A DNA stretch of 62,730 nucleotides, filler included, from Collodictyon triciliatum (lineage: Eukaryota): NCBI GenBank assembly GCA_043381765.1. It is 39 parts of 39 records of this genome, joined end to end, with 100 filler letters (N's around TTAATTAATTAA, not from the genome) between each part and the next. Parts side by side here need not be neighbours in the genome. Positions count along the whole stretch, not along the records: positions 51,591 to 53,097 come from JBHJMP010010901.1; positions 53,198 to 54,705 come from JBHJMP010010902.1; positions 54,806 to 56,311 come from JBHJMP010010903.1; positions 56,412 to 57,917 come from JBHJMP010010904.1; positions 58,018 to 59,522 come from JBHJMP010010905.1; positions 59,623 to 61,126 come from JBHJMP010010906.1; positions 61,227 to 62,730 come from JBHJMP010010907.1; 32 more parts are not named here. One strand, written 5' to 3'. A program made the translations under genes and the position numbers. Position 1 is the first letter of the stretch, and every line of letters begins with the position of its first letter. The notes beneath the pieces were generated by a model. It worked only from the letters and a program-made list of their open reading frames with translations. It was not told the DNA's origin and did no database searches. Positions 52,171 to 62,730 of this stretch are shown here, one piece after another.

Positions 52171-52617
52171 ATGACCCACGACTCCAGAATACTCTGGACA
52201 GTCACAAGGAGACATATGCTGTGGTCCTTATGGAGTGTGCGCGCATTCTCTCACTATAATGATTATTCTGAACGAGAAATCGATGTATCTAGGCTTGAAA
52301 GCCTCGTGCAATACAGCTTCCTGAATGGCCTGCTGAAACACGCCCGCATTCTTCGCTACTCTGACTGCAAGCGAAGAGAGATGTGAAATGTATCGTGTGA
52401 TATCTCCCACAGCATATCCACCCCTGCTACCCACGCAACCAATCAACCAGTTATGCAGCCCACCTGACCAACTCGCTATCACTGATTCCTTTCCAGTGCT
52501 ACCTTCCACAGTAGTGTCTTCCCCTACTCGCTTTTGCTCTCTACCATGCGCACCTATCTCGCCCCTCTGCATGGCATAATCTCGTATGATTGAGAATCGA
52601 ATGAAGTGGAAAAAAAA
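52171..52617 (+). mobile_element. L1/Tx1-like LINE 3' end: ORF2 C-terminus, 3' UTR, poly(A)
   Basis: W-x6-LW-x-LW-x2-R motif typical of the L1/Tx1 ORF2 C-terminus. The UTR is shared with the copies at 17514, 22628 and 44347 and ends in an A-tract. Confidence 0.8.
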
Positions 52618-53024
52618 TGAACAGTTTAATGAACGAAAAATAGTTTAAGACTCTACTCCAGCGATGAAACGCCTTAAGTGTAATATGCACCGTAAGACGG
52701 CCCCCCAATTAGCGTCCACTCAAATAAAGGCCAGAGAGCCAAAGCAGAAACATCTACCTCCTCACACACATTGGAGGGATGAATATATGTAAATAATGTG
52801 TGTCATAAATGAGCACCGAGATGTCCTTGTATTCATCGAAGAGATTCGACAGCCAAATATTTATCCCCTTCGTGTTCCTATTTTATTCATACTTTTTTTA
52901 GACGATACGGCCAAATGTGTAACGCACAAGAATACGCAAACTGCCAACCAAAACAAGGGGCGCGAATAGAGCGAAAAAAGATCAAAAAACAGAATAAAAA
53001 AGATCAAAAAATATAATAATAATA

Positions 53025-53097
<73 letters not shown>

Positions 53098-53484
53098 NNN
53101 NNNNNNNNNNNNNNNNNNNNNNNNNNNNNNNNNNNNNNNNNTTAATTAATTAANNNNNNNNNNNNNNNNNNNNNNNNNNNNNNNNNNNNNNNNNNNNAAC
53201 AGGAATAAAAAAACAGGAATAAAAAAACAGGAATAAAAAAACAGGAATAAAAAAACAGGAATAAAAAAACAGGAATAAAAAAACAGGAATAAAAAAACAG
53301 GAATAAAAAAACAGGAATAAAAAAACAGGAATAAAAATTACAGGAATAAAACGGACAAAACAACCGATAAAGAAGTGACTGAAGGCATACCACCATAAAA
53401 CTTGTTCTGAATATCCTGCGAATACGGGCCCACTGCAAGCCAAAGCACTTACCCCCGCCTCCTCCAAACATAACATAGACGGGG

Positions 53485-54297
53485 ATGAGCAGCGCAGAAT
53501 TGACAGGCAAGACCATCACAAGCGCCTCGCACCCGCTCCTTGTGCGCTTCATCCCACCCCTCCAAACAGAGCAATACACAACGCAGAGACCAATCCGTAT
53601 CGGCCTTTGCAGCTGCCCTGGAAAGCGCGTGGAAAAGAGCAGGCTGGGTGCCGCCGTTCGCCTTGACCGCAGCCTGCAAGCAGACATCAGCCGCCTCAGC
53701 GAGCTCTGCCCAGATGTGCCGCGCTACGTGACTATTGCTTGCCTCCTATCCGACTCGGAGCTGCGTTCATTGGGAGTTGACCCGAGTGCATATCGCAGGG
53801 AACTCGCAAAGCATGGCTTTGGCCTTATCGCATGGCCCCTGATTGAGGGAGGAGCACCGGCCCACGCATCGGAGATGGAGCGGTTTTTGCGGTTGTTGAT
53901 GCAACCATTCTTGTTGCCGCTTGGAGATGTCGAGTTGGGCACAGGCCGTGGGTCGCTGAGCGGACCGTCTTCTCTTCCGGTTGCGCTCATGGAGGCCCAG
54001 ACGGGCGGCGCAGAGTCTGGAGAGAATGCAGCAGACGCAGCCAGGCTTTATCTGATTGTCCATTGCCGCGGCGGGCTTGGGCGGGCTGGAATGGTTGCTG
54101 CGTGTCTCCTTCTGCGGTGCAATCCTGCAGTGTTGCCTGCTGATGCAATTCAGCACGTCCGCAAATACCGGCCCGGAGCTGTTGAGACGAAGCGGCAGGA
54201 GGATTTCATTCATGCCTTTGCGGCCTGGAGAACCACACAACAAGGCTGGGTCATCCGGGGAGCCAGGCCTATGTGCGAGTCTTTGCTGTCTAATTGA
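53485..54297 (+). CDS. CDKN3/KAP-like dual-specificity (PTP-superfamily) phosphatase, intronless, 270 aa
   Basis: Catalytic VHCRGGLGRAG (HCx5R), IGLCSCPGK, RSLQADI, ELRSLGV and AIQHVRKYRPGAVETKRQEDFI. Confidence 0.9.
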   Translation: MSSAELTGKTITSASHPLLVRFIPPLQTEQYTTQRPIRIGLCSCPGKRVEKSRLGAAVRLDRSLQADISRLSELCPDVPRYVTIACLLSDSELRSLGVDPSAYRRELAKHGFGLIAWPLIEGGAPAHASEMERFLRLLMQPFLLPLGDVELGTGRGSLSGPSSLPVALMEAQTGGAESGENAADAARLYLIVHCRGGLGRAGMVAACLLLRCNPAVLPADAIQHVRKYRPGAVETKRQEDFIHAFAAWRTTQQGWVIRGARPMCESLLSN

Positions 54298-54805
54298 CTC
54301 GTGCGACCTTGGCTTCGGGTGCAGTGCCAGCCACATCTGATGAAAGGTGGACCCCTCCGTGCAAGAAAAAAAAAAAACTAGAAAAAGGAGGGCATAATAA
54401 TAACGATGACAATATGTTTTTTCTTTTTTTATTTTTTTTTTAGATATGCAACTTGACACACCCGCAATAAAAGCAATCATGCGCTCGGGTGGAAATATGT
54501 TCCCTGAATGGCAGGTGGGGTATTTGGCCGTGAAGCAACCAAACGACCCTTTAAGCGCGGCTATATCATAGCAACCCTGCCAAACCCGATCGCGGGTGGA
54601 GCGGCCGAACGCGAATGCCATAGCGCACACTGAAAAAACAGAAAAACAAAAAGAAAAACAAAAAGAAAAACAAAAAGAAAAACAAAAAGAAAAACAAAAA
54701 GAAAANNNNNNNNNNNNNNNNNNNNNNNNNNNNNNNNNNNNNNNNNNNNTTAATTAATTAANNNNNNNNNNNNNNNNNNNNNNNNNNNNNNNNNNNNNNN
54801 NNNNN

Positions 54806-55480
54806 GTCAAGCATGTCGTTTACAACAAGAACAAGGCCCGCAGACTCATAGATGTGCTCGCTTCCTTCTTGAAAGCGAACAAACTTTGGGAAGAGTCCAT
54901 CCAATTGCGCATACGGGCAGCGAATGCCTTTGCCTGATTGCCTTCCGCACTGCAGAAAACGCCCAAAAGCTTCTGGAGCTGAAGCAGGCAAGTTTGATCG
55001 ATATTATGAGCAGCTTCAGCAGAAGTAAACCAACAGAGACCTCGGTGATGATCTACCAACTACCGCTGGACGTAAGACCGCAACTCCTTCGTGAGGAGCT
55101 GAAGCCGTTCAGACCGACCCACGTGGATATAAAAAAGGACAAAGGCTTATTCACAGACACGGCCGTGGTGAAGCTTCTTTGTCACAAGAACCAGCTGCCT
55201 GCAGAGTTTACGGTCACGGACAAAAAGTGTCCAAAGCGCATCTCAAAGAGCATCCGCCAGGCGCAAACAATGAAAGACAAGTAAAAGCCCCGCAAAAAAA
55301 CACACCTGCCAAGCAGACAAGCAGATAACGAGGTCAAGGAAGCCAAGGCCAGGCAACAACAGAGTCCACAAGACTCACAGCAGATACGCGCATGCAGCGA
55401 TGGCGACGATGACATGGAAGGAAATCTCAGTTCCTCTTCAGAATCCTCGCACTCGAGCAATTCATCGCCAACGGTGCACA
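54806..55480 (+). mobile_element. LINE ORF1-like fragment (RRM-like), degenerate
   Basis: SVMIYQLPLDVRPQLLREELKPFRPTHVDIKKDKGLFTDTAVVKLLCHKNQLPAEFTVTDKKC follows the non-LTR ORF1 pattern. It ends abruptly in AT-rich DNA. Confidence 0.55.
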
Positions 55481-56465
55481 AAACCGCACATCTACTATCC
55501 TGTCACTTTGGACACTATCAAAAATCGCTTTGGAATTTGCCACTCGAGTTGAATGGTCTTTATGTGTGAAGGAAATCACATTTTTTTTTAATTTTTCTCT
55601 ACTGATGTCCAAGAAGAAATAATCAGTGTGAAATTTATCAGGACTACATTGTTCCTCTTCAACTCACACAACTTGACGGGCGGCTTTAGATAATTATTTT
55701 ATACTTTACAAGCAGTTTGATAAAAAAAAACCTTTAATTATGTAGGTGTAAGAACAACCTATATGCTGGCGGCATGGAACCGTCAGAATGTGAAGTTTTT
55801 GATGTCACAAAGCGGCTGTTAAATTTTCTGTACAAGACATTGGAGGCAAACCATAAATGTGTTGGCTGCAGCACTCGTTACATTTCGACAACATACAATG
55901 TCTCTCAAGTTGATAATATCAATCTAAAAATATGAATATTCAATCTGTGTGATACCTATTTCCTTCATATATTTTGTACATGTTTCGAAAAGTTTCTAAA
56001 TTGAAATGAAGCAATAACAGAAATGCTAAAAAAAAAAGGGAATATTTGGGAGCATTCTAGGGTTCTATCGATGTTTCGATTCATGAAGGGATAGCATGGA
56101 CATCGAGTAAGGAAGCAGGGCTCTGATAACATGAAAAGCTCATGATGAAAGCATGCAAAATATGTCAATACTATATCCATTTAGTACGGGGCATGTACAT
56201 TTCAGTCAAATAAGAGGATTTTAATACATAAATGAATGTATGCATATTAGGGTTTACGATACAACGCCAAGGACTCAATTTCACCATCGTTCACGAACCA
56301 AAGCAAACTTCNNNNNNNNNNNNNNNNNNNNNNNNNNNNNNNNNNNNNNNNNNNNTTAATTAATTAANNNNNNNNNNNNNNNNNNNNNNNNNNNNNNNNN
56401 NNNNNNNNNNNATTTATTTAATTGCGTATTTACATTTATCCTTTCAATAACATATTATTTAATAG

Positions 56466-57465
56466 GAATGACAAGGCTCTGGAGTACTATCAGAAGTCCC
56501 TTGAAATTCAACTGAAGGTGTTTGGAGAAGTCCACCCTGATGTTGCCACTTCATATAATAATATTGGGCACGTTTACGATGAACTTGGAAAGTATCTTTT
56601 ATTTGATTATATATGTTTATCCTTCATTAACTTATCGTTTAATAGGAATGACAAAGCACTGGATTACTTAAACAAATCATTGGAAATCCGACTGAAAGTG
56701 TTTGGAGAAGTCCACCCTGGTGTTGCCGCTTCATATAATAATATTGGAGCCGTTTACTATAGCCTCGGAAAGTATATTTTATTAATTACATATTTTTTAT
56801 GTTTATTCTTTCAGTAACTTATTATTTAATAGGAATGACAAAGCTCTGGAGTGCTTTCACAAGTCACTGGAAATTAAGCTGAAGGTGTTTGGAGAAATCC
56901 ACCCTGATGTTGCCGAATCATATAATAATATAGGGGCCGTTTACGATGACCTTGGAAAGTATCTTTTATTTGATTATATTTATGTTTATCGTTTAATTAA
57001 CTTACTATTTAATAGGTATGACAAAGCTCTGGAATACTACCACAAATCATTGGAAATTCAACTGAAAGTGTTTGGAGAAATACACCCTCATGTTGCGATG
57101 TCATATAATAATATTGGGATAGTTTACGATAACCTCGGAAAGTATCTTTTATTTGATTATATTTTTAATGTTTATCCTTCGTTAACTTATTATTGAATAG
57201 ACATGACAAAGCTCTGGAATACTATCACAAAGACCTTGAAATTACACTGAAAGTGTTTGGAGAAGCCCACCCTAGTGTTGCCACTTCATACTACAATATT
57301 GGTGGCCTACTTATGAACCAGAAGAAATACCACGAGGCTGTCGACATGTACCAAAAAGCCAACACGATATTCAAGACTGTCTATGGCGCAGACCATCCCC
57401 ATACAAAGCTTTCAGAAAAGCAAATGATGAGCGTGCAGAAGAATTCAAGATGTTCAATCCAGTGA
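56466..57465 (+). CDS. 42-aa TPR (kinesin light chain / NPHP3-type) repeat protein, 5' partial; exons 56466-56591, 56646-56771, 56833-56958, 57016-57141, 57201-57465; ends in CaaX
   Basis: Four 126-nt exons (DKALEYY.KSLEI.LKVFGE.HP.VA.SYNNIG.VY..LGK) are separated by phase-2 GT-AG introns of 54-61 nt. The C-terminus is RCSIQ*. Confidence 0.93.
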
Positions 57466-58074
57466 CTCGTCTGTTACCCACCCCATCTAAACAACCCATT
57501 CATCCACCCATACACCACCCTTTCCACAAAACAAGTACAAGTGAGTACTAGCCCGATGACAGTCAAACTGAACGAGTGCAGACGACTGCTAGCTCGTTCG
57601 CAGAGGCTGGATGAAAAGAATAAAAAAAAAAACTAACCAACCTAACCTTTCCAGCAGTTGCCGATAAACGTGACACGTCTCCTGTTTGTTTGATAATAGA
57701 CCTTGAGTATGTGTCACAGGCGAAGAGAATGATTATGTGTTGGTTATCATTGTGCTACTGAGGCTGTATGCTTTTATTTGATTTTTCATATTATTTTTTT
57801 TCGCTTGGTTAAGTGTCGCAATGTCAGCTTCATGGACACAATCTTTTCTTTTTCTTCTTGCGCCCATGATGATGGTGGGCTGTAACGATACATGCACTCG
57901 CTTTGTGTGCCTTTATTNNNNNNNNNNNNNNNNNNNNNNNNNNNNNNNNNNNNNNNNNNNNTTAATTAATTAANNNNNNNNNNNNNNNNNNNNNNNNNNN
58001 NNNNNNNNNNNNNNNNNTTTATTTTTTTTTTTTTTCTATTTTTTTTTTTAATGATTTTTTTTTTTTTTGCATAG

Positions 58075-59522
58075 GTAATGAATCTTCAGTCTCAAATATC
58101 CATACTGGAAGATTCGATCAAATCCTTGAAGGTGCAAGTCAATGATATGCAAGGCCAACAAATCAAACTAGAAGCGAGTGAAGGCACCGTCTTGGAGGAG
58201 CAAAAAAAAGCTGTTTTCAATATGCAAGTACAATTAGCTTCAAATGATGCCAAATTAAAAGAGGAGCAAAAAAAGTCTGCTGACTTGCAAGCACAATTAG
58301 CTTCAAATGATGCCAAATTAAAAGAGGAGCAAAAAAAGTCTGCTGATTTGCAAGCACAATTGAATGGTAAGGATGCCAAATTAAAAGAGGAGCAAAAGAA
58401 GTCTGCTGATTTACAAGCACAATTAACTTCGAATGATGCCAAATTAAAAGAGGAGCAAAAGAAGTCTGCTGATTTACAAGCACAATTAACTTCGAATGAT
58501 GCCAAATTAAAAGAGGAGCAAAAGAAGTCTACTGACTTGCAAGTACAATTAGCTTCGAATGATGCCAAATTAAAAGAGGAGCAAAAGAAGTCTGCTGACT
58601 TGCAAGCGCAATTAACTTCGAATGATGCTAAATTAAAAGAGGAGCAAAAGAAGTCTGCTGATTTGCAAGCACAATTGAATGGTAAGGATGCCAAATTAAA
58701 AGAGGAGCAAAAGAAATCTGCTGATTTGCAAGCACAATTGAATGGTAAGGATGCCAAATTAAAAGAGGAGCAAAAGAAATCTGCTGATTTGCAAGCACAA
58801 TTAGCTTCAAATGATGCCAAATTAAAAGAGGAGCAAAAGAAGTCTACTGACTTGCAAGTACAATTAGCTTCAAATGATGCCAAATTAAAAGAGGAGCAAA
58901 AGAAGTCTGCTGACTTGCAAGCCCAATTGAATGGTAAGGATGCCAAATTAAAAGAGGAGCAAAAGAAGTCTGCTGATTTGCAAGCACAATTAGCTTCAAA
59001 TGATGCCAAATTAAAAGAGGAGCAAAAAAAGTCTACTGACTTGCAAGCACAATTGAATGGTAAGGATGCCAAATTAAAAGAGGAGCAAAAGAAGTCTGCT
59101 GATTTGCAAGCCCGTTTGGATAAAAATGAAGTTAAACTGCAAATGGAGGAAGATAAGTCATTTAAAATCGAACCACAAAATCAAGCGAGACAAAACGTGA
59201 TAAACTTTGACGAAAAATCAAGTACTTCTATGGAATCAAAATCCAGAGGATTCTCGCTCTCTTCCTCGAACGTAAATAGCACACCCCAATCCCTTCGTGA
59301 GACTCACCTGCTCGGTCTGGACGACGACTTAGAATCCCCGATCCATGAAAGTGCAGAGAATTCTTCATTACCATCTGGACTTGCCAAAACTATTATCCAG
59401 AAAATAGAAACACCTATAAATGAAGCTGTGGGTTTGACACAACCAAACACCAAGGAATTATCAACAGCAGAAATTTTGGGCGCAAAATCAAAGGAAGAAC
59501 CAGAGACGAAGCTCCAAAAAAT
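58075..59522 (+). CDS. Coiled-coil protein exon with 14 tandem 21-aa repeats (partial)
   Basis: Polypyrimidine tract + TAG acceptor at 58074, then DAKLKEEQKKS(A/T)DLQ(A/V)QL(ASN/TSN/NGK) x14 (63-nt unit, three heptads). Confidence 0.85.
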
Positions 59523-59624
59523 NNNNNNNNNNNNNNNNNNNNNNNNNNNNNNNNNNNNNNNNNNNNTTAATTAATTAANNNNNNNNNNNNNNNNNNNNNN
59601 NNNNNNNNNNNNNNNNNNNNNNGA

Positions 59625-59718
<94 letters not shown>

Positions 59719-62680
59719 AAATGATAGATAGTTCACATCAATCATCAGCCGTCGCCCCAAGGAAAATGTAGGGCCCAATGTAAAAACTACGCAAAAGGAA
59801 TGACAACTAAGCAACCTATCAAAGTGAAAGGAGAGCGAGAATACTTCCATCCCTTTGAAAAAAATGCTTAATTATCGGGATGAAGAGAATATTTTCTTCG
59901 ACGCCGCCATATAGATGGCTGGGTCTTAACTGTTGGACAAGTTAGGGTGAGCAGTTCATCATTTCCTTTCTATTTCTTTACATGAAGTGACGGATTTGTG
60001 AATTCGTCAGTATTGCCCGTAAGATAATCATAATATAAAGCAGTCATGGAAGTGATTAAAAATAGGGGAGATTCCAAAAACAAGAGAAGAAACATTTATT
60101 AGCTACAATAAATGATAGTCTCATGCCTATATTGTAAGATTAGAGACGATACACAAAAGTCAATTATAAAATATGAATTTCGTTAAGGACACTAGCTGAG
60201 CGGGACACGCACCAAAGTGGTTATTGAATAATATGCGATTGCTTGTTTAACACAATAAACAAAAGATATTGACCAATAAAATTGTCCCGCGTGTTTCTTG
60301 TGTGATAAACCGCAAAAAGTCCTCTTTTAACACCTAAAATAATATAACTTACGAGTATGTTCATATTATTGACCAACGGACGCTGGTAACAGGCTCTAAT
60401 TAAGAATGTTTTTTTGCAGCAAGTTTTCTGAATTGCCTCTGTCGCTTTTTTTTTCTTCAGTAATCACGGCGATATCTTTGATGATAAACTCGACGCGCGG
60501 ATATTTCAGCTTCATTTGCACTGTGATTACTGAAATATGAAAGCCACTACCACTAGCGCCTCATTAAGTCGGCTGGTTGCTTGATAACCCCTTGGATAAT
60601 TTTTGTTTGTTTTCTTTTTTCTTTTTTCTTTTTCCTCTTTCCTTTTTTCTTTTTCATTTGTTTATCTAGTCATGCCTTCGAGTCGCATGGCTTTTTGTTG
60701 GGGGGTTTGCATACTGTTGCTTGTATTTTTCATTTGTTCGAAACCATATATCCCAGCACAAATACGAAAGATACACTTACTGGTTAATTATTGGCACTAT
60801 TTCCTTAATTCTTACTTATAACATATCTATAATAGTAAATTTGAGGAATATCCAGATTAAAGCGTCATATAGGATATACTAGGGCGTTTTAAGCAGTCAG
60901 AATATATTTTCCACATTTGAAGTGTTTCCGATCAGCTTTGATCAATCTGTAATCACAACCGGACACAACAAAACGAGGCGGAATGGATCACACCACAGCA
61001 AGAAAACAACGTCCACAGCAGGATCGGAGAAAAAGAGAGAAAGAGAGAAAGAGAGAAAGAGAGAAAGAGAGAAAGAGAGAAAGAGAGAAAGAGAGAAAGA
61101 GAGAAAGAGAGAAAGAGAGAAAGAGANNNNNNNNNNNNNNNNNNNNNNNNNNNNNNNNNNNNNNNNNNNNTTAATTAATTAANNNNNNNNNNNNNNNNNN
61201 NNNNNNNNNNNNNNNNNNNNNNNNNNAGAAAGAAAAACCAAAAAACCAAAAAACCAAAAAACCAAAAAACCAAAAAACCAAAAAACCAAAAAACCAAAAA
61301 ACCAAAAAACCAAAAAACCAAAAAACCAAAAAACCATAAAAACGAACAGAAAAAGAAAAAGAGAAAGAAAAAGAAAAATCAGTCTTTCTTAATATGGTCC
61401 TGATATGATTAAAAATCAACGCTTATTTATTGTGGTACTATATTCTTTTTTCCCTTAATTTTGCCAGTTATCTTTGGAACTTAAACTTAGCTAATATTAT
61501 TCAGGGTGCCCCCGTACATCGGGGCTCCTGTTCGCTTGCGTCAGCCTCCCATCACAACATCAGTATGCATGCATTTTTTGTTTCGTTTTATTAATCTGGA
61601 AGTACAAATGGTTGATATTAAGGCGTCTATTTTCTTCAAGTTCATCATTCCTCTATTCCTTGGAGTTAAAGCTGCATTTATTTAGTTTACTTATTTTTTA
61701 ATTAGCGTGTTTATAACCACATCCTGATTGCGATAAATATATTCGATTTCATCAGCAAGAGATTGGGTACGGTACGGTTGGTTCTGTTGGTAGATTGTCG
61801 ACGTATGCGAAGCGATATTAAAAGCATGACTCCGAGAACTGTTTCGTCCTACGCTTCCCATGGTATACACCGTGGTCTCTGTCTCAAGGCGGTTTATAAC
61901 TGAACTGTTCCCTGTGATACGAGTTTTCGCCACAGAATTTACAAACAGTCATTCGTTTATAAAAAACTTGGTTCGTATCATTTCGTATGGTGTCATGCCT
62001 TCGATGGTATTTATATTTTCATTTGGCCGTTTTTATTTTTATTATTTTTATTTTACTCTAACCCAGATGCGAATAGCACTTTCAAGAACCACAATTAAGA
62101 CAATTGCCCGGTAGTTCATAGACCAATCATATATGGGTTCGGTTTTTGTGTTTGTCAAAGTCACCCAAGATGTATGCTGTGAATTTGTTATGATGCACTC
62201 CACATTCCATCTTGTGTTGCTGGAATAGAGGTGATAATTGACCAGCTCGATTTTTTCTTCAGAAAAATTAAAAATTAATGAAAAATCAATGAAAAATGAA
62301 AAAAAATGAAAAAATGTAAGATAATCAATTAAAGCCTTTTTTTTTTAAATAAAATAAAATAAAAATGAACTTTTCATCAACCACAATTCTTTGGTGATAT
62401 CTCCCAAGAGTAAGCTACATCGCAAAAACTCCTGTGAATAACCACTATGAATGAAACTCAAATCCGCTTGAAATATATATCACATAAAGTTTGTTTTTTT
62501 TTTTGTTTTTTTTTTGTGGCGCGAATAGTATATGTGTGTGGTATCTAAGCAAACACAAAACCTTTTAAACGCAACTGCTTTGTTCCCTCAGAGTCACAGA
62601 TTTGTGCAGCCCTTTTGGCTGCGCCTTTTACTTCCTGTTTTATCAGCCAACTCCACTCACAACGATGTGAAAATACACAG

Positions 62681-62717
<37 letters not shown>

Positions 62718-62730
62718 CCACCACACAAAA

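Noticed and set aside
56466-57200. Repeat-spacer pattern resembling a CRISPR array
   Set aside because: The repeats are 126-nt TPR exons and the spacers are mutually similar GT-AG introns. No cas genes are present.
58092-59072. 326-aa Cys-rich antisense ORF
   Set aside because: It is a shadow of the 63-nt coding repeat on the + strand, which has a proper splice acceptor and continues beyond the repeat.
59623-62730. Possible exons in the last two contigs (similarly 12942-14457, 24240-25750, 27462-30582, 33902-35410, 41944-43451, 45160-46667)
   Set aside because: No recognisable motif or consistent splice model could be built by eye.

Overview
This window is not one locus. It is 39 unrelated contigs of about 1.5 kb (roughly size-sorted, ~1520 down to ~1504 nt), joined by an artificial 100-nt linker (44 N + TTAATTAATTAA + 44 N), so nothing can be inferred across linkers. 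Most contigs come from an AT-rich, intron-containing, microsatellite-rich microbial eukaryote that is probably flagellated, since it carries a complete TMEM218-like gene. Host genes or fragments include two RING proteins (one TRIM-like), an FG-GAP propeller, an RGLG-type copine, a signal-peptide WD40 protein with Cys-rich repeats, a kinase with a SAM domain, a TBC Rab-GAP, HscB, a GT8 glycosyltransferase, LRR and TPR proteins built one repeat per exon, an FABP, a CDKN3-like phosphatase and a 21-aa coiled-coil repeat protein. Mobile DNA includes a decayed Fanzor1 (RNA-guided TnpB-family nuclease) with a candidate intron and omegaRNA region, many pieces of an L1/Tx1-like LINE family, a Helitron helicase pseudogene, and a gene-dense virus-like contig with a NUMOD4-HNH nuclease. 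One contig is bacterial (Cytophagales-type TPR histidine kinase) and is probably a contaminant. All calls come from manual translation and motif recognition; no database searches were run.
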